Source of the DNA: Raillietiella orientalis
Lineage: Eukaryota
Length of the DNA: 64,000 nucleotides
Direction: 5' to 3'
NCBI GenBank assembly: GCA_036172245.1
Contig: JAYWIR010000029.1
Coordinates: 2,666,001-2,730,000 of the forward strand
Shown piece by piece: positions 12,901 to 23,624 of this stretch. Position 1 is the stretch's first letter; each line of letters begins with the position of its first letter. Below the pieces are notes generated by a model. The model ran no database searches and had not been told where the DNA came from. It saw nothing but the letters and a program-made list of their open reading frames with translations. Position numbers and translations under genes: made by a program.

Positions 12901-15900
12901 TCCCGGCCCACCTCCTCCTTTCCTCGTCTCGTGGCACGGTGCGGTCGCAGCCTCCCTCATCTACCCCCTCCTTCCCACGCTCTTCTGCAGGACGAAGGGG
13001 AAGAGACGCAAGAAGAGGGATTGCCCTTCTAATGAGTCCGATAGCCCGGGAGAGTCTTTTTCTTGGAAGGAGGCCGCGATCTCCCGACTGCTGCTGAAAC
13101 GGCATGCTGTCCTCACAGGACTGTCCCTGCTCCTGCCCCTCTCGCCGCTCTCCCTTTCCTCAGGCGTCTTTTCCCACTTGCCTGGGTCGGGCCCCACGGA
13201 GTTTTGCCGCAGGTTTACGGTCCGGAACCCGATCTGGATGGACCGGCCGTCCTCGCTACCTCTGCGTCTGACGGTGACCTGTAGGGGGTAGAGGGTCTGC
13301 TTTCCGTGACCGCTCGGCCACCAGAGCTCCGGGACGAAAGCAAAACCCTGCGAGGAAAAGAGTGTGGCGGCCAAGGTTCGCCTCCGGCCCTCCCTACCTC
13401 CGTGCTGAAGTCCACGTGGGCGACCAGCACGTCCCGTTCCGGGACGGCCACTCGCGGCCTCTCGACGACCCTCGTCTGACCGTTCATGCGCACGGCAACG
13501 GTCAGGTCCTCCTCCTCCGCTGCCTCCGGCGAGAGCGTCACAACCTTCAGGGAGACGTTCCAGGCGCCGCCCACGTCGGGGCGCGCGTCCGCCGCCACCT
13601 CATCCACTCTCACCGCATCGAGGGCGCTCAGGAAGATCTTCTTCCTGAAAAAGGGAGGAGGGGAAGGGGAGGAGGAACGTTTCTGTTCCCAGGATTTCGC
13701 TCTCCTTGGGAGGAAGGACCGCACCAGAAGGGGATGGGATGGGTCACCTCCTCACCAGATGCCCACAGAGGGCAGTGACGGAGCAAAGTCCCACGAGAAG
13801 GAGGCCTGCATCTTCCGGATCATGTTGGCGTGGCACTCCCCCTGGTAGGCTGACGGCACACAGTAGGGAGGCACGGGGTAGGGGTGGCTCCAGTACTTCC
13901 TCTCCGCATGGAGGACTGGGCTCGCGAAGGACACCTTCAGGAGGTTCCCGTGTTTCTGGAAGGAGAGGCGTGGAGGAAAGGTAGCGTACGCTCCCCCGCT
14001 CCACCTCCCGCAGTGGAGAGAAGGGGGTGCTTCCATCTCCCCACCCATCCCGTGGGGAGCCTCCGTCCTTCCCTCCGAAGGGTCTCTGATGGACTCGGAA
14101 CTGAGACAGCGTGCGCGGTGACCCTTCTTCCTCGCGGAGCCCGCGGCGGTAGGGTCGCGCGGTCCCTCCCCCAAGCGGTCTCCAGTCCGCCCCTCAGGGA
14201 GTGCCGCTCCGCGCGCGTCGGCGTTACGGGAGGGCCGGGGCACCTTGAAGAAAGGGTTAGCGGGCCCCCTGCAGTAAGGAGGACCAATCCGGAGCGGGAT
14301 GTTCCGGGGGGAGCTATTGGAGGTCCAGGGAAAGGTCCAACTCCGGAAGAGGCTGCCGAGGTTAGGACCTCGGTCCTAAGGTCACCCGGACGGCGCGTCC
14401 CGGACGAAGGCAGCAGACGCCGTGTTTCTTCGGCAGTTTCCGGGGTCTTCCCACGGTCTTCCTCCTCTCCTTCCCTTCCGGGACTCCAAGGAATGACCTC
14501 TGATCCCTTCCTGGAGTCCTGGAGGTCCCGACGGTCCTGAATCAGAGGTCCTGCTGGAGAGGGGGGAGTCCCGGAGGGGCAGCCTCCCGCCGCCGGCTTG
14601 CTCTCCGCGCGAAAACGGGAGAAGCCTCGAGCAGGCGAGGAGGATTTCTCTCGACCGTGGGACGAACTCGAGTCCGCGCTCTGCAGCTCAGGAGGGAAGG
14701 GGTCGCGACCCCGAGGGAAACTCAACCTTGCCCGTGGGATTTTTTTTTCCGGTCCGGTCCTGCGTTTACCTTTGCCGTTGCACACCCGGATCTCCCGGAA
14801 CCCGAACGCCTCCCGGAGCCCCTCCCACCTCCAAGACCCGGGGAGCAAGATGGGCCCGTTCCTTCCATGGGCCCCCCTTCCGAACGCGCCGGAGACGTCT
14901 CCATAGAAACCGAGTGTAGGTCCCACCCGGATCCCGGCCTCCGCACGAAATCCCCTCCTCCTTCCAGGCCCACTCCCTTCGCGGAGCCTCCTGGAGCTCC
15001 CCCGCCCGATGAAAGGATTCGGCACGGAAGACTGCGCGTCCTCCCCGAGTCCCAGCTGCCGCGCACGCGTGCGCTCCCGTCCTGCGCATGCGGAGCAGAG
15101 CCGCAGGATCGGAAACGCGTCGCCGTCCTCCGATCGCCTCCGCTGATCCCGCAGTTCCCGGTTGCCCAGCGAGGGAGAGGGTGTGCTCGCCTCCCGCAGT
15201 TCGTCACGCGCCGCCCCGGCATCGTCCCGACCGAAGGAGAGGTGGGGGGGGGGGGGGGAAGGGAAGGAGAAAGTTGCGGCGAGGGCAGAAGGAGCGCGCG
15301 CTCGGAGACAGATGCAGCAGGAGTTGACGGGGGTCGCCGGTCAGCCCGTCCGCTCGCACGTCTTCGGTTCCTCGGCTGCGGGGTGACCGGCCCGAACGAA
15401 CCGGGGGCAAGAAGTGCCATCCACGCCCCGAGGTGCCGCGCGGACCAGAGAGAGGCCTCTTCTCGCCTCCTGCATGCTTCCCCGATGCTCACGTCCGCAG
15501 CGGACGCGCGCCACCTCGGCAATATCTCTTGGCTCGAAGAGAGCTGCGCAGCTTCCGGTCCCGTCCCGCACGTTCTCGGATGCTGGACGGGGGGCCGCAG
15601 AGTCCATATCCCGTCCTCCTCTTCCGAGCTTGGAGGAACAAAGATGGCGCCGGAAAGCAGTGGCGCGGACGCTCTACCGACGAAAGGCGTTTCCCTCCCC
15701 AGGGTCCTTTCGTGCCTTTCGGAAAGCGGCCCCGGTTTGCCCGCGGCGGCACCGAGCGTCGAGAGCTCGAATCCCGCCCGGGGAAGGGGTGAACTCCGAG
15801 AACGGGGGGTGCGTCGTGGGTTTCGATTCCCCTCCCCCTTGCAGGATGACGCTGGTTGGCCCCAGTAGAAGCCGGAAACCCCGGATGCCCCCTTCGACTA

Positions 15901-18900
15901 GCAGGGAGTGGAAATAGACCCTCCGGGAAGAATAAGGAAGAGGTCCTCTCCCTCAGGGAAACAGGGTAATGGGATGTCCCTGAGGGGTCCCCTCCCAAGC
16001 GTGAGAGGAACGGAATCCTTCCTCCGGAACCCTTCCTGGATTAATTAGAGTGGTCCCTACGGGGTTCCTTATGCCTAACTTGAAGAGTCACACGCATCCT
16101 CAGGCGACGTGAACAGCTTTATGAGCCCCCCAGGTGGCAGCATCGTTCAGCCTCTCCGATGCCCCCCTGATGGGACGAACGGTTCTTCGGGACTTCTTGA
16201 GAGCGAAAAAAAGAAAAAGAAAACCCGAAAATAAATAAATAAATGATAAAAGCTGGAAGAAAAGCAGGGATAACAGAAGAAATTAAAAGAATTTCCGTCA
16301 TCATCGATCTGATCCTCCAAAAGGGAGTCTTGAACATCCCACAATCTGAAAATCCCTGGTGACCGCCACGACGGTCGCTGAAGGCTTGCCATGGGTTCCA
16401 GATGCGGGGGAAGAGGGAAAATACGCTCTCGGTTTCTGCTGCTCCATGGGCTGAGTGGAGGGGGGAGTACAGCAGGATGAAACTTCCAGCAAGAAGCATT
16501 CTTCTAGTGTCCTCCCCAGCAATGGATCGAACGAATTTCAGGCAGGCAATGTGAGATTTTACCTGTCCACTTTTGGGTCACGAGACGATCCGAACAGATC
16601 CATCTCGTGGGACCTCGAGTGCCGTTGAGTAACCCGTAGGTGCCCCTGGAGCAATCGACACTTGAACTTGTGTGTAGCGAGAACGGATACAACAGCGGAC
16701 AAACGTCCCAGGAGTTGCCTTTCTGCCAGAACGCCGTCGCAGTGCAGGGAAGAAAACCCCAAAGGAATTGCGTCCCCCTCCCTCAAGGAACAAACAAACG
16801 AACAAAAGGACGCAGCTTGCAAAGTTCTGTCGATCGCTATGCAGTGGCGCGATATTCGCAGTAGACTCTTCCTTCTTCTTCCTGTGAAGACGTGAGCAAG
16901 AGGGACAGAGGACCAGATCTTTCTGCAGTCCTTCCAAACTGGAGCATCCAGAAATGCAGCAGTTGGGGAGAGAGCGAAAGAAACGAAAAACCTCACTGAT
17001 GGAGCTCCCAGACAGGTGAGATTCCTCCTCCTTTGCCTAAGACAGGTCCTCTGCAACTACCAAGTTGATCTGAAGCCTGCCCGAAATGCGTTCCTTTCCC
17101 CACTTTCAAAAAGTAACCGGCTCTCGGGACGCCTCAGCGGCGTCCGGTAACCTCGGCAACGGGCACCGAAGCAACGTACCTTCAGAATGTGCTTCACCGA
17201 CACCTTGTACTTCACAAACATGTTGTCCGTTTCCAGCAGCGTCTCGTTGTTCAGGGACACAGAAGATATGGTATCGAGACCTTCGCAGACCAGGTAGATG
17301 AAGTTCTTCTTCAAGAGGCTGTCGCTCACTGGAAGAGAGTTTTCTTGCTGGATGGCGCGCTTTCCACAGTAGCTAAATGAGAAGCGGAAACGCCGCGCGC
17401 TCGGAGAGGCAAGGAGGAATGATGCAAAGACCGGACGAAGCTGGATAGGGTCGTGCTATGCCAAAGGGATCATGGGTTGAGAGACCTACCGCCAAAGATC
17501 GACGTATACGTCCAGTTTTCTCGCCCTATCCACTTGTAGAGCACGTCGTTGAAACGGAATAGCGGGTCTCCGATTATTCCAGACAAGAAGAGATCTCTGT
17601 AAATGTTTCCCGGGACGGTGGCGTTGACGTGGATGGCTGAAACGAGCTTACATGAGTGGCGGCAGGAGAGGTTTCCAGGAAGTGGTTTTTGCATAGGTGC
17701 AGGCCCACGAACCAAATTGCCCGTCGCACGGAAAGCTTCCCGCTTTTCTTGGGGAGGACCCAAGCGTTTTTCAGAACCTCTGAGCGTCCCAGTCCTACGG
17801 CACGTGCTCAAGGACGGCTCTGAAGACCATCCGGGACACCACTCGACCCCGTTTCCCTCCAGGAAAGGTTCCCTGCATTGTCGTTCTCCCGGAACGCCAG
17901 CACGTCAGCTCCCGGTCCCTCTGAGACCTTCAACTCACCTCGAAAGCACAGAGATGGAGCTGAGCGTTTCCAGCTGGATAAGTGCAGCCGGAAGGGGGGG
18001 GCTCTGCGAAAGAGAATGGGGGTGGGCAGAGCAGTCAGCGGAAGGTGAAAGTTGGCCTAGGGTGATCCGCCGGACACCCCCCAAACAGAAGGGCTATCGA
18101 GGAAGAAAGTGCAGCATGGAGATGGACGTGAGGAAGCAGCAGCCAGAGTGAGCCCGCATCCTCCAAACTGGGAATGAAGAACATCAGACACCCCCCCGTG
18201 GTCGTCCCTCTCCCTCCACAGCTCTCGGCCATCCTTCCTCAACCCCTCGGAAGCCAGACAGAACTGTGCCCTAGGCTGAAGAGCATGCCTGATGTTACCA
18301 AACCACAATTTAAGGGAACTTCCAGCTGCCTAGGGCACTCTTCCCCAACAGCAAGGGCGTCCAGATAGCGGGTGCCATTCCCCTGACTGCTGACGCGATT
18401 CTCCTCGCAGATTGCTGTTATGCTTCAGTCTTGAATTCAGAAAAGCAGTTCAGAGCTGCCTCCGGTAGCCCACGGACCTCAGGCTTCCTTCGCCTTCGCC
18501 TTCTTCAAACACCCAGGAAGTTCATGGCGCAAAGAACCGCAAGAGTGGTCTCCTGGGTGACTGGGTGGTGTGCGGGATGCGAGGCTTCCGAAAGATCTCA
18601 TCGTCCGTGCGATGCAGGCTGAAGCCCGAGAAACGAGGGTCTCGTCGCGGTTCCACTCAGGCCGATGCTGCCTCTAGCGACCCCTTCTTCAACGCCCCCG
18701 GACCGGTCAGCAGGTGTCACGTGCTCCAGCTCGCTGTCCGGAGCGCCTGTGCCGTCGCAAGTGCCATCTGAAAGCAGGCCGGACGAGACGGCTGGTCCGC
18801 ATGAGCCCTCCGCTATCCTGCTACGCGATCTCGGAACCTTATCTCTGGTGTTCCTCTCACAAGACTTCCGGCATCGTCTCAGGAGTCTGGACGCATGGCT

Positions 18901-21900
18901 GTGGCGGACGAGCAGAGGAAAGGACAGATTCTAGAGAAGCTCGGAAGAGAGTCACGGCTTCCTTTCACATGCGGGCAGGAGCGAAAAGGAGGAGGGAGAG
19001 GGAGGATTCCTCCGGGGAAACAAGCATTCATTCTCGCCTCTCGGTCCGACCTGGAAGCGAACGAGAAGCTCCGAAGACGTCCCAAGGACAGAAATACGGG
19101 AACGTCGGAGGATGTCTAGGGGTGATATGCGCAAGCAGAGAGGGGAGAGCGAAGACCACTGCACGGACCCATGGAGACGCAAGCGGATCAAAACGGTTTT
19201 TCCCGTTCCCTCTTGGCGCAAGCAGCGACGACAGCATCTCTCACTGCAACTCACGATGTCTCTTCATTCCCGGTAGCGAGTGCCTCCGGGACGGATTTCC
19301 CCTATTTATTGGAGTGCATGGAACTTGTCCTCCTTCGACAACTCCTGTCTCACTTGATCAGCGTCGTCATCGATGGGAACAGGGGAGGAGGAGAGGAAGA
19401 AAAGGGGAAAAAGGAAAGAAGGAAGGATGGAAGGAAGGATGGAGGAAGAGAAGGAGGAAGAGAGTAGAGGTCGCAGTAAGGGAAGAAGCTGACGAGCATA
19501 CGGGTGGGAGGACACCGCCCCGTGGGTACGAGAAAGTGTCGCTCGGGGCACTCATCCCCCCAGTATCCCCCGAGCCTTCCTGTGACTACGAGGTCTCCTT
19601 GCTCTGGCTTCCTCAAAGAAAAGAGAGACAGATATTTCTGCCTTGCACAATCGAGAAGGCTCTCCCGTGCTTCCATGTCCACCGCGAGTGGCTGGTGGTG
19701 CCTTCCTGTGGGTTCTTATCCTCGTCACGTTGCCAGGCAGCGAGATGATCTCATGCGTTGTTTTGCATGGGCAGTAAAGCTCGCGCAGAGCGTCTGCAGG
19801 CCGGACAGCGCTCCTCGTGAGCTCGCCAGCTGTCATCCACATGCGCTCCGTTTCCTTGGATACCGCTGGACGACGCTCCGCTTCGGACTCCGTTCCAGGG
19901 AGCCCCTGAGAGGACCGCTACTTCCCTCCAGTGGTCCGTGCTTCGGGATGAAGGGGGAAATCGAGAACCCTCCGCATGTGCTCTCTCTCTCTCTCTCTCT
20001 CTCCCCTGGAAACGTGACCGAGGAAAAGTCTTCCGTGCACCACGAAGACACTGGGGATCGTTTCACAATGAAGTCGGAAGAGGGCAATCGCAACTCTTCC
20101 ACAACACGCTCTTGTCGTTGTATCGATCGCATGACGCGGGCACGGGAGCGAGCACGACCATAAAGAGGCCGATCAACGCGCCGCCGGTACGACTCCGAAC
20201 GAAGGGAAAACTGAAAGCGAAAACGATCGTTCTCTACGACCCAAAACCGTCAATATAAACAGGCGGCCACATCCTTCCCTTGACAACGCGATCACGTTGG
20301 AAACCGCGGCGAAAAGCGGAGCCGAACCAGCCCGGCTGGGAGAGGATGCAGAAGTAGGTCTCGCTGGGAGGCGAGAGGTGCTCTAGACTCCAGAATCCTC
20401 GACTCGTCCGAATCCACGGCATCTGCACTTGGTAACCATCGGGTTTAGGGCAAACATTCTTTCAGGCAAAAAACAAACAAACATAGAAACTAATTGCAAG
20501 AAGGCTTTTAGGGGAAACGTGTGGAGTTGCAGAGGGATTGCCAGGGTGTGCACCCTCATAGGTGAAGGCAGGGGTGAATCCTCGAAGACTCAGGCATTCA
20601 AGGAGTCGTTGTCAGCAGGTTCCTAAAAGGGGCCGTCGGTGCCTCCGAAAGAGTCGTGGAGCCCAACCGCCAGGTTCCGCTTGCCTTGCATTTCCTTCTG
20701 CGCTCCTCGCGGCGATTTGCAAATGCACTCAACGTCTGCCGTTTCGGGCTGGCAGAAAACATGCGTCCCGCTGATGGATCTCGATCCGCTGTCGCGGATG
20801 CGTGAGGGAAGCGGTCTCGGATGGGGGAAGCGTTTACGCCCTCGACTTCCGAGCAAGCCATCCCTTCGGGCGGAGGGAACGAACGTGAACGAGCTCAGAG
20901 AGAATCCTGGAGTCACGGGTCACTCGTCAGGGATGCAATTCCATTAAGATGAAGGAATTGCCTGCGGGAACGGCAGACTCACTCACAGAGGGTGCCCGCC
21001 ATAGTTTCAGAACGTTCCACCACGACGGGAAGGAGCAGGACTCGATTCTCGAGCACGAGGAAGGATGGGAGCAGTGGACCTGACCACTCTGGAAGTTCTC
21101 GTAGGAACCTTGATGCTGCTCCCCGCACTGCAGACTGCGCCCACTTCCACTGAAGCGAGGCCTTCGAGGGCACCAAAACGAGAGGTTCCGAGGACCACCG
21201 CAAGGGGAGCACAGCCTTCCTTCCTAGGAGAGGGTGACCGGGAAAATGTGGGTGACCCCAAGCGCATGGAGCCATTCAACCCATTCGTACCAGTACTTAT
21301 TTCTGGATTGAGTCCTCCTGAAAACTCTGTAGAGTACATCCGCGCTTGCGGCTCCTCAAAGCAGATCAGGAAGCGGGTTCGCGTCGCTGCGGTCCCAACT
21401 GCGGACAAGAAAGTTCTTGGCACTGCAAGCGCAAGCACGGGCGCGCCGAAAGTGATCCTGATTGCGTTGCCAAGTGACGACGGACGGGGGGTTTTCCTCC
21501 TCGCTTTCTTCTGGCGCAGGAACCCTAGCCCCCCACTTTAGGGTTGGAGCGACACCGAGCGAATCGCATGTTCTCTCGCGTGCAGTCCTGAGTCTCCCCT
21601 TGACGTTGAGTGGGTACCCGTCGCCAGGCACGCGCTCCCGATCCATGCACCGCGGACGACCTCTCGGCGAAACATCGTGCCTCCGGCTGGAATCCCGGGA
21701 GAGCGCCTCCCTGGGGACTCCATCCTGCCGGAGGGACGTCCTTTCCAAGTGCATCCTTCAGCGAGCTCTGCGGACGCGGAGCGCCGTCCTGTCTGTGGCA
21801 GCCAGGAAACTGGCTGCAGGGGAAAAGCTGCCTCCAACACTCTCTTTGACTGTTGTTGATGAAGATTTTGGCTCTTTTTTTTGCTGCTTTTTCTCCAATC

Positions 21901-22890
21901 CGGGACAAAAATCCAGAAGCAAATGTACATCCCTCGACCTTTCGACTGACGCGGGCCTCCGATGTTAAGTGGTCTTTTCGACAGGAATCCCCTTGGAGCT
22001 TTTCCATACTTCTCGCTCGATGAAGTCGCATGTCGTGGGCCCGGGCACATTCGCTTTTGCTCCAAACAGAGGTCCCGGTCGCTGCTGCGCAACGGGACGG
22101 CGGATGTCTTTTCGAAGATTGTCCCCATGAAAGCGACTTCTCCCCAAAGCGTCGGCGACCGTCGGAGGGAAAGGGGGCAGGAGGGGAAGCGAGGAAGGAT
22201 GAAGGAGGAGAAAAAGGCGAAGACTGCGAGTACGATCAGGCAGGAAAGAGGGCGCAGGCGCGGCGCATTCCGCGGGATGCGTATAAATCCCGCCCTTGAG
22301 ATGACGGATTCTCTTTGCTCGCGGGGCTACGAAGACCAGAGCAACTCGACGTGACCAGACGTGAGATAGTGCAGGCGGCAAGAGCGATGGTTAGAATCAC
22401 TAGATCCCAGCGACAGTCGCAAGGAGGGGCGCAACGCTGACCGGTGGGACACCACGGAAGCATTCGATCCGCTGAGAGGAGGATGCCCGAGAGGACCCTG
22501 GCGACGGCAGCGCGCGTGTTCCAGCTCGAAAAAATCCGCAAAATTCGATGGCAGATCGTCTGGAGGGAAGCGCAGTGGGACGTCTCCACATCCACCACCA
22601 CGTGCGCGCCACCCTCGCCGAGACGAGGGAAGAGGTAATCCGGCGGTGGCTTTGCTGAAGAGCGAAAAACGTGGTCACGTGCACGCGCACGTGACCACGT
22701 TTTTCGCTCTTGGGAACGGCACGCGCGAAGAAAAAGTAGCCCTCTTACACAGATTCTGGTTCGTTACTCTCCATGAGCTTCCTCCCAAATCGAGCTCGTC
22801 AGCGAGGACCGGACTGCACTGAGAAGGATTCCTCCACACCGTCATGGAAACCAGGAGGGAGGCGAGGATCCGGAAAGGAAGTCTCCCCAT
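393..22890 (-). CDS. MANBA: Lysosomal beta-mannosidase (glycoside hydrolase family 2), spliced; 10 exons in window, 3' end continues beyond position 1
   Basis: Exons 22890-22749, 17636-17490, 17328-17180, 13955-13756, 13644-13398, 13347-13182, 11723-11533, 5374-5184, 918-725 and 670-393 join in consistent phase (1905 nt, 635 aa). Introns are GT-AG except one GC-AG. Motifs: signal-peptide-like N-terminus, [48 protein letters not shown], NNENE (acid/base Glu), SEYG (nucleophile Glu), HRQH. Confidence 0.95.
1150..1957 (-). mobile_element. Putative tRNA-derived SINE-like repeat, copy 1 (MANBA intron 8), with degenerate ~40-50 nt minisatellite body
   Basis: Minus-strand head GTCGGAGGCTTTGTGGTTAAGGCTTCCGC (A-box/D-arm-like) ... 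GGGATCGAATAC (B-box-like); GCTGGTTGGCC at 1829-1839; a 21-mer at 1269-1289 is identical, inverted, to 15994-16014. Confidence 0.6.
3327..3360. repeat. 17-bp tandem duplication AGGCCGAG(T/C)GATTGTTG x2
   Basis: Directly visible, one mismatch. Confidence 0.85.
5184..5374 (-). CDS. MANBA: MANBA exon 8 (contains catalytic acid/base NNENE)
   Basis: [21 protein letters not shown]...HPSILVWAANNENEAAL; not in the ORF track because it has no start codon; canonical splice sites. Confidence 0.93.
9950..11120 (+). mobile_element. Possible decayed LINE endonuclease/ORF2 remnant in MANBA intron 7
   Basis: W...GRKLLEWV...FLND...GEAT and WRVTGHTSDRGKI resemble AP-endonuclease motifs (W..N..G..L / LN.G.PT / W.V...SDH.PI); highly degenerate. 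Confidence 0.35.
11533..11723 (-). CDS. MANBA: MANBA exon 7
   Basis: [21 protein letters not shown]...[21 protein letters not shown]; acceptor ttctttcag, donor GAG|GTACAC. Confidence 0.93.
13182..13955 (-). CDS. MANBA: MANBA exons 4-6 (13955-13756, 13644-13398, 13347-13182)
   Basis: [46 protein letters not shown]. Confidence 0.92.
15720..16075 (+). mobile_element. Putative tRNA-derived SINE-like repeat, copy 2 (MANBA intron 3)
   Basis: GCTCGAATCCC and GGGTTTCGATTCCC B-box-like units, GCTGGTTGGCC at 15851-15861, AAGCCGGAAACC, GGAGTGGAAATAGACCCTCCGGG; collinear with copy 3. Confidence 0.6.
17180..17636 (-). CDS. MANBA: MANBA exons 2-3 (17636-17490, 17328-17180)
   Basis: IHVNATVPGNIYRDL...DPLFRFND...NWTY and LVCEGLDT...TDNMF; canonical splice sites. 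Confidence 0.92.
19981..20002. repeat. (CT)n microsatellite
   Basis: Directly visible. Confidence 0.9.
22658..22711. promoter_or_regulatory. Perfect 25-bp inverted repeat (4-nt loop) carrying two CACGTG E-boxes, CLEAR-like
   Basis: AAGAGCGAAAAACGTGGTCACGTGC-acgc-GCACGTGACCACGTTTTTCGCTCTT; 37 nt into MANBA intron 1. The repeat is directly visible; the regulatory role is inferred. Confidence 0.55.
22749..22890 (-). CDS. MANBA: MANBA exon 1 (signal peptide plus LDLGGSSWRVTNQN)
   Basis: ATG at 22890, hydrophobic LPFRILASLLVSMTVW, donor T|GTAAG at 22748; phase 1 matches exon 2. Confidence 0.8.
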
Positions 22891-23350
22891 CTTGCTCACA
22901 TAACGCCGCACGTACTACTGGGTGTCCCCTCCCCCTTCCTGAGCCAAGCCCGAGCCTATCTGTTATCTCCATCTGAGAAAAGTGCGTTTGGGAATCGCGC
23001 GAGCGGGCCATTCCTCGCTCCGGTCCGGGAAGCGGTGCCGCCGCATTCCGGAGAGCAGCTGCCGCAACCCAGCGGCCCGGTCGGAGAATCGAGAGGTACG
23101 CAGCGGTGACCTCCCCCGAAGGGCACGTCGCCTAGCAGGAGAGGCCGTGAGGAAACCTGAAGTCGCGCGTTGGACCCGCGAGCGCGATGCCATTTCCTCC
23201 TCCGCAACCTCCGAAAAAGGGCCTAGCGCCCTCCTGCGTGCCTCAGCGCACCCTTTCCAGCTCACGGGTGTTGCTCAAGCGCTCGGGCCATTCGTCCGCT
23301 TCTGGCGCAAACGGCACTCCCTCGGAACGCTCTTGCTCTTCTCGCAACGA

Positions 23351-23600
23351 GTCGGCGGCCGCGTGGCTGCCGCCTCCGCACGCGCGCGCTGCACAACACG
23401 TCGTGGGTTCGAATCCCGCGCTCGGGAAAGTAGCGACGCCGAGAAACGGACGTGCCGCGGGGGTTTCGCGTCCCCCGAGGTGCCGCTGGTTGGCCTGCAG
23501 TCTTCAGGTGGTAAAGCCGGAAACCAGCCCCCCCCCGTCGACTGGCCGGGATTGGAAGTTGACCCTCCGGGTCTTTTCAGGAGCGGTTCCCTTCGGAGAC
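23351..23600 (+). mobile_element. Putative tRNA-derived SINE-like repeat, copy 3 (upstream of MANBA)
   Basis: GTCGGCGGCCGCGTGGCTGCCGCCTCCGC aligns to the copy 1 head; perfect B-box GGTTCGAATCCC at 23406-23417; GCTGGTTGGCC at 23485-23495; GGATTGGAAGTTGACCCTCCGGG. Confidence 0.6.
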
Positions 23601-23624
23601 AACCGGGATGAGGTTTTAGCCCTT

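Noticed and set aside
1795..15868. Many long overlapping ORFs of 250-416 aa (e.g. 1795-3045, 2300-3307, 5676-6581, 13937-15025, 14657-15868)
   Set aside because: Arg/Pro/Gly/Ser-rich with no domains, open in several frames at once, and inside MANBA introns; expected from high GC.
16300..16700. GLLNGTRG peptide like a Pif1/Helitron helicase motif
   Set aside because: A single short motif; the other helicase motifs were not convincingly found.
23351..23425. Functional tRNA gene at the perfect GGTTCGAATCCC
   Set aside because: No acceptor stem, D-arm or anticodon arm; treated as a SINE head.
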